64,000 bases of DNA from Phycisphaerae bacterium (GTDB lineage: Bacteria; Planctomycetota; Phycisphaerae; UBA1845; Fen-1342). The stretch spans positions 800,001-864,000 of the forward strand of contig CAXXWX010000026.1 in NCBI GenBank assembly GCA_963675745.2. Reading direction: 5' to 3'. The stretch's first letter is position 1, and the number at the start of each line of letters is the position of its first letter. Under the pieces are notes generated by a model. The model searched no databases. It worked only from the letters and a program-made list of their open reading frames with translations, and had not been told where the DNA came from. Of the stretch, positions 9,600 through 20,294 are shown piece by piece. The position numbers and the translations under genes are program-made.

Positions 9600-9914
9600 G
9601 TGGAAAACCTGCAGCGCTTCCGACGCACCGCGAAGGTCAATCCCGTACTGCTCGGCGTTTTGGGAATCTTGGTGGTGGTGTGTGTTATCTACTTTGTCTT
9701 CTTCCGTGGCGAGAAGCTACCGCCACCTGTGGCTGAAGAGCAACGCAAGCCCTGGACGTTTTACCACCATAAGACGGGCGAGACGTTTGAGGTGCCCTAC
9801 GCTGAGGCCAAGGAGCTCAAGCAGGAGGATGGCCTGTATGAGTATCCGCCGGGGTCAGGCAAATTCCTCTATATGAGGCAACGCCCAGGGCAGCCCAAGA
9901 TGCTGAGCCCCTGA
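9600..9914 (+). CDS. Small single-TM hypothetical protein upstream of the prepilin-like gene
   Basis: Hydrophobic helix VLLGVLGILVVVCVIYFVFF; GAGGTG RBS. Confidence 0.7.
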   Translation: MENLQRFRRTAKVNPVLLGVLGILVVVCVIYFVFFRGEKLPPPVAEEQRKPWTFYHHKTGETFEVPYAEAKELKQEDGLYEYPPGSGKFLYMRQRPGQPKMLSP

Positions 9915-10024
9915 CCAGCCGGGCGATGCTGTGTTGCTGTTTGTATGACTTGGTTTTGTATCAACATGTTTATGATCCCCGGCGCCAGCCGTGCTCTCGG
10001 CGAGCGGGCACAAGGAGTTAAGCC

Positions 10025-11140
10025 ATGCATGAAAGAGAAAAACGAGCTTTTACCCTAATCGAACTTCTGGTTGTGGTGGCCATCATCGCATTGCTCATTT
10101 CGATTCTGCTGCCGAGCCTCTCATCGGCGCGCGAGCAGGGCAAGAAGGCGGTCTGCCTGGCCAACCTGCGCAGCATCGGTCTCGGCACGCACGAGTACGC
10201 CAACGAAGATCCGGCTGAGTTGCTCATGCCGGTCCATCAGATGCAGGTCGCGAACACTTCATTATTCGGCAGTGACTTCGCGGGCACACACTGGGCCTGG
10301 CGCACGGCCAACTGGTTCGTCTTCGGCGGCTCAACCGCAACCGACAAGTTCTTCTGTGCCGATGGAATCGGACCGCTCCTCGGTCAGGACCGCACGCGTT
10401 ACTGGGGCGCCCAGACGCGCCCGTTGAACAAATACCTCTATCCGAACATCACCGAGGATCCCGACGAAGATCGTTACGAGCACAACCTCAAGATGTTCCA
10501 GTGCCCCGGCGATCGCGGCTATCCGGATGGTATGGATGGCGACACCCCGTTGGTCGATGACAGCCCGATCTACAACGCCAAGCGCAAATGTTGGAAGACG
10601 CTCGGCAACAGCTACCGCGCGAGCATGAACGGCAGCTTTATTGGTTCGATTGGTAGCGCCTCATACAAGGGTGCTTTCAGCTACGGACCGTGGGGACACA
10701 AGGTATCTGACCTGGTCAACACGGCGCGCGTCGTGCTGTTCGGCGAGCCGACGTTCTTCAACATGATCGGAAGGGATGACACCGGTGGCGGCGACCTCAA
10801 GGAAGCTGAGCTGCTGCTCGGCTGGCACCGCCAGTTGCTGAAGGACAACCTGGTCTACTGCGACGGGTCGGGACGTACGACGAAGGTCGAGCTTGACGAG
10901 AACGGCGTGGGCATGCTGCCGATCACGCCGCCGGAGCTCGTCGACGAGTACTTCACCGATTACGAGTGCCGCGGCCGCACGTTCCAGCTTGATACATACC
11001 CGACTCCGGGTGCGTTTATCTGGGCGCTCACGCAATCCGACCGCGAGAGCCTCACTCGCGCAAACGCCACCGGCCCCAAGAAATGGCCGTTCGCCCGCTA
11101 CCGCAACAACCTCCAGCCGGTACCGGCCCCTTGGGAGTAA
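10025..11140 (+). CDS. Prepilin-type N-terminal cleavage/methylation domain protein (DUF1559-like)
   Basis: [28 protein letters not shown].....C..NL, FQCPGD, WH...N..YCDG; AAGGAG RBS. Confidence 0.92.
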   Translation: MHEREKRAFTLIELLVVVAIIALLISILLPSLSSAREQGKKAVCLANLRSIGLGTHEYANEDPAELLMPVHQMQVANTSLFGSDFAGTHWAWRTANWFVFGGSTATDKFFCADGIGPLLGQDRTRYWGAQTRPLNKYLYPNITEDPDEDRYEHNLKMFQCPGDRGYPDGMDGDTPLVDDSPIYNAKRKCWKTLGNSYRASMNGSFIGSIGSASYKGAFSYGPWGHKVSDLVNTARVVLFGEPTFFNMIGRDDTGGGDLKEAELLLGWHRQLLKDNLVYCDGSGRTTKVELDENGVGMLPITPPELVDEYFTDYECRGRTFQLDTYPTPGAFIWALTQSDRESLTRANATGPKKWPFARYRNNLQPVPAPWE

Positions 11141-11194
11141 GCGGCGTTTGCAGTACCAGCAATACCTGACGGGCATCTGGCTCGTCTGAATCAG

Positions 11195-11245
11195 CAAAAA
11201 GAACGCGGCGTCGGAAAGAAACTCCGACGCCGCGTTTGCTTTATC
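11195..11245. terminator. Bidirectional intrinsic terminator
   Basis: 14-bp stem AACGCGGCGTCGGA/TCCGACGCCGCGTT with an A-run on the left and T-rich tail on the right, between convergent genes. Confidence 0.8.
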
Positions 11246-11310
11246 TCTTCCGCGGGCGTGAGGATACTCAGAGACGACTCCGTTGCCCTGCTGCTCGCCA
11301 CCACACCGGC

Positions 11311-11778
11311 TTAGTCGCCGTATAGCCCGCGTTCACACGCGACCGCGAAGCGCTCGGCCTGACCTTTCAGGCGCTCCCATGATTTTCGAATGCGCTTGGC
11401 CTCTTCGGGTGAAATCCTGCCGTCGTCTTCGATACCCTTGCTTATGTCGCTGAGGAGTCTGCCGAAGTCCTCGACCATATGCTGGGTGGAGGTCAGCAGG
11501 CGCTCTTCCTGTTCGCCGGGGGGGATCTTGGGATTGGCGACGAAGAAACCATCGCCGACCTGGCACATCCAGTTTATCAACTCCTGATCGCGCGTCGCTT
11601 CGTACACGGCGCGCAAGCGGTCAAGCGGGTTGCGCGCACCGGACGCGCCGGGATCCTCGTCTGTCGGCGGCTCCTGACACCACTTGTAAACCAGGGCTGT
11701 GCTCAGGTTCAGCTTTGCCGCCAACGCCTTGACGCCGATCTTGTCGGCGGCATCCCGCAGTATGTCCCAAGAGTTCAC
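11311..11778 (-). CDS. Phage regulatory protein CII / YmfL-like protein
   Basis: N-terminal HTH-like GVKALAAKLNLSTALVYKW, NPLDRL, and C-terminal DGRISPEEAKRIR; GTG start with AAGG RBS. Confidence 0.75.
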   Translation of the reverse strand: MNSWDILRDAADKIGVKALAAKLNLSTALVYKWCQEPPTDEDPGASGARNPLDRLRAVYEATRDQELINWMCQVGDGFFVANPKIPPGEQEERLLTSTQHMVEDFGRLLSDISKGIEDDGRISPEEAKRIRKSWERLKGQAERFAVACERGLYGD

Positions 11779-12065
11779 GTGGCACCTTCCGCAATCCGAC
11801 CTGTGTGGCTGGCGCGGCGGTCCGGCCGCCCGGCAGCCACAACCTCGATGTGCGCCGGATATTCTGCGGGCACGCCATCGCCGCGTCAACGCGAGCCCAC
11901 GCACGTCGCCGGACCCCGCCTCTTCGCGATCCGAATCCTGCCGCCGCCCGCTTTCGCACATATACTCACTGGTAAGAATCGAGTGATTCGAGGACCGCAA
12001 TGACACCGGGGCCCGCGTCGGGCGCAAGCGGACAACGGCCCCATCTTAGATCGAGGAGACCACCA

Positions 12066-12683
12066 ATGGCCTATGAGCTTCCGCCCTTGCCGTATAAGCA
12101 CGAGGCGCTCGAGCCGCACATCGACGCCCTGACGATGCAGATCCACCACGGCAAGCACCATCAGGCATACGTCAGCAAGACCAACGCCGCCCTCGAGGGG
12201 CACGCCGACCTGGCATCCAAGTCCATCATCGAGTTGCTGCGCGACATACAGAGTGCGCCGGACAACATACGCCAGGCACTGATCAACAACGGCGGTGGAC
12301 ATGCCAACCATACGTTGTTCTGGCAGATCATGGGGCCGGCCAACGGCGGGCAGCCTTCCGGTGTGCTGGCCGATGCCATTGCCAGCACATTCGGAAGTCT
12401 TGACAAATTCAAAGAGCTCTTCGGCAACAACGCCGCGAGCAGATTCGGCAGCGGGTGGTCATGGCTGGTGTTGGATGGCGACGGCAAACTCCAGGCCTAT
12501 TCAACCGCCAACCAGGATTCCCCTTACATGCAGAGCCATACTCCCATCCTGGCCCTCGACATCTGGGAGCACGCCTATTACCTCAAGTACCAGAACCGCA
12601 GGCCGGACTACATCGCGGCCTGGTGGAACGTCGTGAACTGGGACAAGGTGGCGGAGCTGCTGCAGACAGGCCTGCGCGGATAG
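12066..12683 (+). CDS. sodA: Superoxide dismutase (Mn/Fe)
   Basis: LPPLPY...[39 protein letters not shown]. Confidence 0.97.
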   Translation: MAYELPPLPYKHEALEPHIDALTMQIHHGKHHQAYVSKTNAALEGHADLASKSIIELLRDIQSAPDNIRQALINNGGGHANHTLFWQIMGPANGGQPSGVLADAIASTFGSLDKFKELFGNNAASRFGSGWSWLVLDGDGKLQAYSTANQDSPYMQSHTPILALDIWEHAYYLKYQNRRPDYIAAWWNVVNWDKVAELLQTGLRG

Positions 12684-12815
12684 CGCAGGTCGATCCACGC
12701 GCTGGCAATCTGCGCATCGACAGCAGCGTGCCGGCGCAACGACTGTGCGCCGGCGGCCTGCGAGGCGCAGGCCGTTACGGCGCTGGTGCGCCAAACGACG
12801 GCGATAAAGAAGATG

Positions 12816-14951
12816 CTAATTCTCTGATCGTCCGGGTTGTGTTTCCGCGCTGGCGGCGGCGGGCATCGTCGTTGCCGGCGTCAGATCGAACAGCGGCGTG
12901 TCGCTCTGCCGGAGCTCCACCGTCAGGAATCCACGCGGGCCACCCTTGCCGGGCAGATCGTCGCTGTAGACGACGCGCTGCACGAGCTTGCCGATGGCGA
13001 TCCAGCGCCGCAGGATTGCGATTGGATCGACAAACGGCAGCGGGATGCGTTTGATCACGCGGTCGCCGTCGTGTTCGATGATCAGATCGATCCAGCGGGC
13101 ATGGGGACGCATTTTCAACGCGCGTTGCATTTCGCGAATCGGGTGCTCGGTAGCGAAGAACGCCTGGTCGTGCCCGATGATCCGGTCGCCCGGCTCAAGC
13201 AGGCCGCTGGCCGGCACATTGGTGCCCACACTGACGATCCGCAGCCGGTTCTGCTCCGGCTCTTCGGCGACATCGATGCCGAGGCGGAGCTGCGTGCCGC
13301 TGGGTTGATGCGAACGCCACCAGGCTTCGTCAACCACCTTCGGCGCCACGCGCTCCAGATGCCGCAGCCACATGGCCCCCAGATCGGCGGCGGGCCCGGC
13401 CTGGAACACGGCCAGGCTGTCGCTGGCGGCGTTTGGCGGCCGTTTGCTCAGCTTAAACACCTCCGCCAGTTGCGGCGCGTCGCCATGGCGGCTTTCGAGA
13501 ATGCGCGCCAGCCACTCGGCATGCGTCGCCACGATCAGCACGTTGCCGTCCAGCGCCCAACAGATTTGCATTTCGGCAATCGAACCGCCGGTCATCGCCG
13601 CGATCGGCGCGCTGATGTCCCACTGGGCCACATCCACACCCGCGACAGACATCTCTTCGATCGGTGGCACGGTGGGCAAACCGCGCTGAAGCGCCATCAG
13701 CGCGTAGAGTGACGCCGACGTCATGACCAGGTCGGTAACCGCCGAATGGGCGGCGGGGGCGTCGTCGGCGGTAAGTAACAAGGCCACGGCCGGCGCGGGC
13801 GGCGCATCCGCGTTGGACCGCTGATGCACGAAACCCAGGGCCACGCCCGTCGGCGACGCCAGGATCTTCTCGAGCCACACACCCGTCTGTTGGTGCAGCG
13901 TCAGAGCCACTCGCGCCATATGCTGTCGCGGCAGAGCCTCAACAGCCGCACGCAACGCCGCGTAGTCCACGTGCCCCCCCCACGCGGCCAATGTCTGGCG
14001 CGGCAGCGTCTGGATCAAACGCGTCAAATGCGCCGATCGCGGCGCGCCGTGGTTGTCCGCATCGCCGACGGCGCTGAAGTGCAACAATCGCCCCTCGCGA
14101 TGCAGCGCCAGCAAAACGTGTGAGGCGCCGCGCAGCGGGCCGGGCAGATTCGGCAGAACCGGCGATAACCGAGGGACGCTGGCGCGTGTCGTTGGTTGTG
14201 TCGACGATTGAGTCGATGGCGCGCTGGTCGGCGGCAGTAGCACGGGGCGGCGCGCCGCTCCCATGCGCGCGAAAAGCAGCCCGTCAGGATCAGGTGGCAC
14301 GCGCTGCAACAGCTCGCGCAGCGTCACGTCGTCCGCCAGGCTCGCCGGCGGGTCTGGTCCAACCAGCGCCAGCGCGCGCCTGAACATGCCGTCGTGCAAC
14401 CCGGCGTCACCGAATATGAGCGTACCGTCGTGTGACGCCATGCCTACGTTTGTTCCAAGACGATACGCCGGCACCGGCATTTGATCCGAGGTTTCGCCGG
14501 TGATCAGCTTGGCATTCCAGCGCTTCAGGAACTCTGAGCAACTGTCTTCCGTCGCCGGTCGGCACAAAACGACGGCGTCCTGGCTGCGCAGCGGCCCTTC
14601 GCCGACGAAAGCCACACCACCGACGAACAGCGTGCGAATGGCCTCCGCCGGGTCCATGTCGAGAGTGGCCCGGATGTGCTCACGCCACGAGACGGCGTCC
14701 TCCACGCCGGCCGGCTGTCCGGCAACCTCGGCCAGCGCGCTCCAGAGTTGCGGCTCAGTCAGCGCGATCAGCAGGTCTTCACAACGCCGAATCTCGACGA
14801 ACAACCCGGTATCGGCCGGTGCGTAACGCGCCAGCGACGCGTCCGGCGGCGCGTCGGTTGCGGCCGCTCCCGGTAACACACACGCCAGGATCAGCAGGGG
14901 AATAGTCTGCGTGCGGCTTTTGGTCCGCAAGAGAGGGTATCTCGCAGGCAA
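12816..14951 (-). CDS. Exported hypothetical protein with C-terminal PDZ-like domain
   Basis: Signal peptide; LGIDV...LRIVSV...PA...LEPGDRII PDZ pattern; third gene of the ECF operon. Confidence 0.7.
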   Translation of the reverse strand: MPARYPLLRTKSRTQTIPLLILACVLPGAAATDAPPDASLARYAPADTGLFVEIRRCEDLLIALTEPQLWSALAEVAGQPAGVEDAVSWREHIRATLDMDPAEAIRTLFVGGVAFVGEGPLRSQDAVVLCRPATEDSCSEFLKRWNAKLITGETSDQMPVPAYRLGTNVGMASHDGTLIFGDAGLHDGMFRRALALVGPDPPASLADDVTLRELLQRVPPDPDGLLFARMGAARRPVLLPPTSAPSTQSSTQPTTRASVPRLSPVLPNLPGPLRGASHVLLALHREGRLLHFSAVGDADNHGAPRSAHLTRLIQTLPRQTLAAWGGHVDYAALRAAVEALPRQHMARVALTLHQQTGVWLEKILASPTGVALGFVHQRSNADAPPAPAVALLLTADDAPAAHSAVTDLVMTSASLYALMALQRGLPTVPPIEEMSVAGVDVAQWDISAPIAAMTGGSIAEMQICWALDGNVLIVATHAEWLARILESRHGDAPQLAEVFKLSKRPPNAASDSLAVFQAGPAADLGAMWLRHLERVAPKVVDEAWWRSHQPSGTQLRLGIDVAEEPEQNRLRIVSVGTNVPASGLLEPGDRIIGHDQAFFATEHPIREMQRALKMRPHARWIDLIIEHDGDRVIKRIPLPFVDPIAILRRWIAIGKLVQRVVYSDDLPGKGGPRGFLTVELRQSDTPLFDLTPATTMPAAASAETQPGRSEN

Positions 14952-14953
14952 GA

Positions 14954-15652
14954 TCAGAGCGAATAAACGTCATCCGTCGAATCGATCGGCGTTTGGTCCG
15001 GTTCGACAACGGCGGGTTGGGGGAACATGGAATTCAGAATACCGGTGGCCGGGGCGAACATCGAGAAATTAACGGTGTTCTCGACATCCTCCGGCAGCAT
15101 GATGTTCAGGTAGCGCACGGTGCCCCAGGTCTCATCAGAAATCGCCCGGCCGCTGGCGCGTGCCCACCTGATCTTGGCCTCCACGTTTTCCGCGATGGCC
15201 TCGAACACCTCGACGTCATCCAGGTTTTTCTCGGCCGCCAGTGTCAGAGGCTGAGCGGGCTGGTTAACCGCGACATCCGGCGCGTCGAGCGCGGCGGGGC
15301 CGACTTCGGTGCTTCCGGGCCGCAGCACGATCGCGAAGAAGAGCACCGCCGCCGCCTGGAGCATCATCGCCGTGGCAAACGCGACGCGAATGGAGAGCGT
15401 CCGCCGGCTCAACGGCTGTCGCCGCTCCACCTTGGCGACGACGCGATCGGTGAAATCCTCGGAGAGTCTGGGGATGTCGCCATCGGAAGCAATCGAGTGC
15501 TCGATGGCCTCCAGCACGGCCAGCCGCTGCTGGCAACGTTGGCACCGCAGCCGATGAGCGTCGACTTCGAGTCGCAGTGCACCGTTTAGCGTCCGATCCA
15601 GATACGCGTCTTGCAGTTGTCTGAATTGCTTGCACGTCATGGTGTCACTCAC
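14954..15652 (-). CDS. Anti-sigma factor (zf-HC2 zinc finger plus TM helix)
   Basis: C...HRLRCQRC motif, one TM segment, overlaps the sigma gene stop. Confidence 0.85.
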   Translation of the reverse strand: MSDTMTCKQFRQLQDAYLDRTLNGALRLEVDAHRLRCQRCQQRLAVLEAIEHSIASDGDIPRLSEDFTDRVVAKVERRQPLSRRTLSIRVAFATAMMLQAAAVLFFAIVLRPGSTEVGPAALDAPDVAVNQPAQPLTLAAEKNLDDVEVFEAIAENVEAKIRWARASGRAISDETWGTVRYLNIMLPEDVENTVNFSMFAPATGILNSMFPQPAVVEPDQTPIDSTDDVYSL

Positions 15653-16281
15653 GCGTAGTGCGAGTCTGAAAGAAAGCGGATAGCCATCCAGTCATCCACC
15701 AGTTCAGACTGCAACCGCGCTCCCAGCTTCTCGCGGGCTCGATGCAGATGGCTCTTTACCGTAACCGCGGGAATATCGAGAGCTTGACCGATCTCCTGAC
15801 AACTCTGCCCTTCACGATAGAACAACGTAACACACGCCTTTTGCGGCGTCGTCAACTGGTCAACCGCCGACCAGATCACCTCGCGCAGCCGACGAGCTTC
15901 TTCGCTGTTGGCGACGGATTCGGAAACCTCATCGCCGCCGGCGTCGATCCGCGAGTAATCAACATCCGCCGCGATCGGCCGTCGTTTGCGCAGATGGTTG
16001 AGGCACAGCCGGTAGCCGATCGTGAACAGCCACGTGCTGAAGGCATACTTGTTCGAGTAGCTCTCCAGCGATTCAAAAGCCCGCACGAATGCGGATTGGC
16101 ACAAATCCTCGGCCTCGTGGTGGTTTCGGATCATCCGCCAGATGAACGCGAACAGCCGATCCTTGTACAAATCCACGAGCGCACGGAAGGCGTCAGCGCT
16201 GCCGCGCTTTGCGCGTTCTATTAAACGCTGCTCTTCCTCGCGAGGCATTTGGCTCACCCGGTTAATGGGCTCGCGAACCAT
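15649..16281 (-). CDS. ECF sigma-70 factor
   Basis: AEDLCQSAF, FSTWLFTI, region 4 EIGQALDIPAVTVKSHLHRAR. Confidence 0.93.
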   Translation of the reverse strand: MVREPINRVSQMPREEEQRLIERAKRGSADAFRALVDLYKDRLFAFIWRMIRNHHEAEDLCQSAFVRAFESLESYSNKYAFSTWLFTIGYRLCLNHLRKRRPIAADVDYSRIDAGGDEVSESVANSEEARRLREVIWSAVDQLTTPQKACVTLFYREGQSCQEIGQALDIPAVTVKSHLHRAREKLGARLQSELVDDWMAIRFLSDSHYA

Positions 16282-16358
16282 CGTCCGTCATCATCTTTTA
16301 CCACCCGCGCGGGGTGGAGTTGCAGCAAACCGTTGCCACGTTACAATCTATACGGCTC

Positions 16359-16826
16359 ATGGCGAAAGGTCCACCAGCAACCCCGACGATTCAAAACAAG
16401 AAAGCCCGCTTCAACTTCGAGATTATCGAGAAGCTGGAGGCGGGAATAGCGCTAACTGGTAGTGAAGTCAAGAGTTTGCGCAACGGGAAGGCCTCGCTTG
16501 ACGAAGCGTTCGCCGTCATCCGTGGCAGCGAGGTTTTTCTGCGCGATTGCAACATATCTCCTTATGCACAGGCCGGTTATGCACAGCATGTCCCAACGCG
16601 CGAGCGCAAGCTGCTGCTCCACCGACGAGAGATCGAACGCTGGCAGAAAAAGGTGACCCAGCGCGGACTGACGCTGGTGCCCCTACGCATTTACTTCAGT
16701 GAGCGCGGATTGGCGAAGATCACGATTGCTCTCGGACGTGGGAAGACGCACGCGGACAAACGCTCGGACCTTAAAACGCGCGAACACAGACGTGAAATGG
16801 ACCGCGCCATGCGCCGTGGCCGATAA
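16359..16826 (+). CDS. smpB: SsrA-binding protein SmpB
   Basis: NKKARFNF...EAGIALTGSEVKSLR, RKLLLHRREI, GK...DKR. Confidence 0.97.
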   Translation: MAKGPPATPTIQNKKARFNFEIIEKLEAGIALTGSEVKSLRNGKASLDEAFAVIRGSEVFLRDCNISPYAQAGYAQHVPTRERKLLLHRREIERWQKKVTQRGLTLVPLRIYFSERGLAKITIALGRGKTHADKRSDLKTREHRREMDRAMRRGR

Positions 16827-17212
16827 CACATTCACCAGAGGCCCAGACAACTCGCGTCGCACGGCTGGACCAATAAACCAGAGCCAAATCGCGCATAGCT
16901 TGCGCGTTTGAGGTAATTCACGCCTAATTTAATTGGGACCACAAATTGCCTATTTTAACATCGCGCGAACCAAAATTGCAAAAGAGACGGAAATGGGGGA
17001 CACAGAGGGCTTCTGACCGCCCATTTTGCGGTTCACAGCACGTTTTTTACCACATCTGGGTGAAACTACTGGGCGATAGATACCCGTAGCAAGACTAACG
17101 TGGTCGCGACAGGCCGCACGTGTGCCGTTTGGCTCTGATCTGTGTGAGAGTCGTGTGCCGACCCCAGTCACGACCACGCAAATGGGTTGGCGGATGTGCT
17201 GTTAGTGAGGTG

Positions 17213-17419
17213 ATGAGTATGTTCCCCACCATGACAATGAGTGCCACGCACGCCAGTGGCGCCCGCGCGGCGCAACAGCGCGCCGACCGGATCGACAGAA
17301 TCAGGCGTGAGATTGCCGCCGGCGTCTATCTGACGCCCGAACGCATCGCGCGAGCCGTTGACGCACTGTTCGACGATCTCACATCAAAGGACAACCGAGC
17401 GCGCAGGCGTGTCGGCTGA
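17213..17419 (+). CDS. FlgM-like anti-sigma-28 factor, C-terminal domain only
   Basis: R.DRI.RIR.EIAAG.Y......A..L pattern; GAGGTG RBS. Confidence 0.65.
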   Translation: MSMFPTMTMSATHASGARAAQQRADRIDRIRREIAAGVYLTPERIARAVDALFDDLTSKDNRARRRVG

Positions 17420-17475
17420 CGGCGGAGACCTGGATCACTCGGCCCGTTGACACTGGGCTGGTCTGAATATCACGT

Positions 17476-17512
17476 GAGGCGGGCACGGCCATCGCACAGC
17501 CGTGCCCGCCTC
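17476..17512. terminator. 14-bp hairpin between convergent genes
   Basis: GAGGCGGGCACGGC / GCCGTGCCCGCCTC; no strong U-tract. Confidence 0.55.
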
Positions 17513-17537
17513 TGCTCGTATGTACGGCGCAAAGCAC

Positions 17538-20102
17538 TCAGAAGCGGCGCCGGCGTTGTGAGCTCAACCCGGCCAAGCCGATCAGCGTCGCGCTGACCGC
17601 GAATCCCGAGCCAAAGCCGCACGGCGTAACCAGGGGTGGCGCGACCATCGGGTCCGGCATCTCCGGCAAGTTCGGCTCAACCTCATACCACGGTTCCGGT
17701 TCGGGGGCCGGCTGAGGGCCGGGATCCAAAGGCCCGTCTAATACTGGCGTCGGCTCGAGCACCGGCGCCGGCGCCGGCGTCGGCACCGGGTCGGCGATCG
17801 GCTCCGGAGACGGGGCCGGCGTCGACGGCGTCGGCTGCGGGCTCGGGGGAGTCCAGGGATCGGTGACCGGGGCGGGCTCAGGCGTCGGAGCGGGCGCCGG
17901 CGCAGGAGCAGGCTGCGGCTCTGGCTGGGGCTCGGGTGCCGGTTCGGGCTCGGGAGCTGGTTGAGGCGCCGGCTCAGGCTCGGGTTCCGGCTCGGGCTCG
18001 GGATCGGGCTCAGGGGATGGATCGGGCTGGTCTTCGGGCGGCTCCGGGGAAGCCTCGAATGCGATCGTCAGGGTATACGGACTGCCAGCGTCGTCGTGTG
18101 GCAACGCCACGATGTAGCACGTGCCGGCCTCGACGTGCACGCTGACATGCTCATCTGAGGTGTGCTCGGTAGCGGACAATCCGATGCGTATGCGATCCTG
18201 GTCAAGCAGGGCCAGGTTCAAATCGCCGTCCGGGCCGGTGATCGAGACACTGAGCTCGCCGGCCTCGTCGAGTGCCAAGGCAAAGCAGTCGGCGTCCCAA
18301 CCCTTGAGCTCATACTCGCCGAGCTCGATCGGGCTGGCCTCATTGACGGTGTCATTCTCCTCGTAGTCGTCGTCAGCCAGCGGATCGTCGTCCTCCTCGC
18401 CATCCAGCGACAACGTCAACGTGTACGAGCCCGTCTGGGAGTTGTACGGCAAGACGGCGATGTAGGCCCCGGTCGCGGGGATATCGGCCTCGACTGACTC
18501 CTCCGAGCCGACCTCCTCCGAGCGGGCCAGGATAGTCTCCTGGTCTGCGTCGATCAGGTAGAGATCAAGGTCGCCGGCGGGGCCGGATATTTCCACGCTG
18601 GCGTGCACGCCGCCAGTTGCGATCCAGAACACGTCGTTGTCCAGCCCCTGCAACTCGTATGAGCCGGGCGCGAGGATGGCGGCCTGGGCATAGGTGTCGT
18701 TCTCCTCAAAGTCATCGTCGGCCCCGGGGACCTCGGGGTCCGACGCCTCACCGTCTTCGGTAAGCGCCCGCAGTGCGTTAACACGCCCATAGCCGGTCAG
18801 CGTGTCATAGCCGGCGCCGTACAGGTCATCGGCCGTGCCATTGAGCCGCGCACGCACCTGGACGGCGGACATCTCCGGGAAGGCTGACCGTACCAGCGCC
18901 GCGACGCCCGCCGCATACGGACTGGCCATCGAAGTCCCGTCGTAGGTGTCATAGCCGCCCGGCACGGTGCTCACGATTTGCACGCCGGGTGCAACCAGAT
19001 CGATGCCTGACCCGGTGTTGCTGAAGTCCGCCAGCATGTCGTTTTCGTCGCTGGCACCGACGGCCATCACACTGTCGTACGCGGCCGGGTAGTTGAGCTG
19101 GTTCATACCGTCGTTGCCGGTCGCGGCGATGACCAGCACGTCCGCCTCGGCGGCGCGCGTGCAGGCTTCGGCAAGCGCCTGGCTATAGCCCTGAAAGCCC
19201 AAGCTCATGTTGATGATGCGCGCCCCGTTGGCAACCGCATAGTCAACAGCGGATATAGCGGCGGATATCGGTCCATTACCTTCCGCGTCAAGAACCTTCA
19301 ACGGCATGATGCGCACGTCGGCCGTACCGGCGATGCCGCAGCCATTGCCCCGAACGGCGGCGATGATGCCGGCGACATGCGAGCCGTGGCCGCAGTCGTC
19401 GCCCGGGTTGTTGTGGCCTTGAGGGTATTGGGCGGAGGTGATGAAGTTCCATCCAACAAGATCGTCCACGAATCCGTTGTTGTCATTGTCGATGCCGTCC
19501 AGCTCGTCGCCGACGTCCTCAGCGGCGTTGATCCACAGTTGCGGGTAAAGGTCTTCGTGGCCCAGCGCCACGCCGCTATCAATGACAGCCACGATCAGCT
19601 GGCCGTCGCCGGCATGAATCTCCCAGGCCTCGGGCGCGGAAATGATATCCAGGGCGTACTGCTCCCCGGCCCGCGGATCGCCGGTGGTAGCCTGGGCATG
19701 TGCCTCGCCGGCGTCTGTGGCATGGGCGATGAAGTCAGGCTCGACGGCCAGCACGGCGCGCTCACCGGCAAGCGCGGCGATCGCACTAGTAACGCTGACA
19801 CCCTCTTTCAACTCTGCTGAGAACCAGGCCGACCCGACGAATCCTCGCTGCGGCCCGCGCGCCAGCGCCGAAACGGCGCGCATCGTCTGCACGCCGTCCA
19901 AAGCCAATTGGCCGGAGGAAGCGGCGGCCACATTCTGTTCCTGAACTTTGACGAGAACGCGCCCGGGAACGTAGGACCGTCCAGCGGGCCGTTCCTTTGC
20001 GACGGTCACGTTCGAGGCGATGCAGGCGGCGATCAGCATCGCAGCAAGGCGAAACCGGCGGGCATGGTGCAGACGGCCTTCTGAGTGGCGGTACGCGCTC
20101 AT
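17538..20102 (-). CDS. S8 (subtilisin) serine peptidase with two PPC-like domains, Pro-rich stalk and C-terminal anchor
   Basis: Catalytic triad motifs [14 protein letters not shown] and GTSMASP; repeated DD.E.ND..G..GD.DL.L domains; (PE/PA)n linker. Confidence 0.92.
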   Translation of the reverse strand: MSAYRHSEGRLHHARRFRLAAMLIAACIASNVTVAKERPAGRSYVPGRVLVKVQEQNVAAASSGQLALDGVQTMRAVSALARGPQRGFVGSAWFSAELKEGVSVTSAIAALAGERAVLAVEPDFIAHATDAGEAHAQATTGDPRAGEQYALDIISAPEAWEIHAGDGQLIVAVIDSGVALGHEDLYPQLWINAAEDVGDELDGIDNDNNGFVDDLVGWNFITSAQYPQGHNNPGDDCGHGSHVAGIIAAVRGNGCGIAGTADVRIMPLKVLDAEGNGPISAAISAVDYAVANGARIINMSLGFQGYSQALAEACTRAAEADVLVIAATGNDGMNQLNYPAAYDSVMAVGASDENDMLADFSNTGSGIDLVAPGVQIVSTVPGGYDTYDGTSMASPYAAGVAALVRSAFPEMSAVQVRARLNGTADDLYGAGYDTLTGYGRVNALRALTEDGEASDPEVPGADDDFEENDTYAQAAILAPGSYELQGLDNDVFWIATGGVHASVEISGPAGDLDLYLIDADQETILARSEEVGSEESVEADIPATGAYIAVLPYNSQTGSYTLTLSLDGEEDDDPLADDDYEENDTVNEASPIELGEYELKGWDADCFALALDEAGELSVSITGPDGDLNLALLDQDRIRIGLSATEHTSDEHVSVHVEAGTCYIVALPHDDAGSPYTLTIAFEASPEPPEDQPDPSPEPDPEPEPEPEPEPAPQPAPEPEPAPEPQPEPQPAPAPAPAPTPEPAPVTDPWTPPSPQPTPSTPAPSPEPIADPVPTPAPAPVLEPTPVLDGPLDPGPQPAPEPEPWYEVEPNLPEMPDPMVAPPLVTPCGFGSGFAVSATLIGLAGLSSQRRRRF

Positions 20103-20294
20103 GGGAGAACTCCTGTGCAGTAGTGTTTCGGCTGATTGGCACACCCCGTGTGCGTCGCTGGTGGGAGTACCCCGTTGGCGCGAAAATCTGCCGCGGCAGT
20201 TTTCGTTTTTATCTTGCGGTCGGGACTGGCGCGTGTGCGGCGCTGCCGGGCGTGGCGCGATCAGGTATGATGGGGGTCAGAGGTCACGTGGGGC

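Noticed and set aside
11311..11778. Prophage around the CII-like gene
   Set aside because: No integrase, structural or replication genes nearby
17050..17080. Sigma28 promoter for the FlgM-like gene
   Set aside because: GGCGATAG resembles the -10 element, but there is no TAAA-like -35 at the right spacing
16826..17210. tmRNA or c-di-GMP riboswitch downstream of smpB
   Set aside because: No tRNA-like GGGG...CCA ends or tag ORF; the GCAAA..GAAA..GGGAC-like stretch does not form the required stem
17640..18050. Repetitive GGCTCG/GGCGCC DNA
   Set aside because: Explained by the Pro-Glu/Pro-Ala stalk of the subtilase
9293..20191. Shared motif TGGC(A/G)CGAAAATCTGC at 9293 and 20176
   Set aside because: GG-GC spacing is 11 nt, so not sigma54; a 15/16 match could arise by chance in 64 kb
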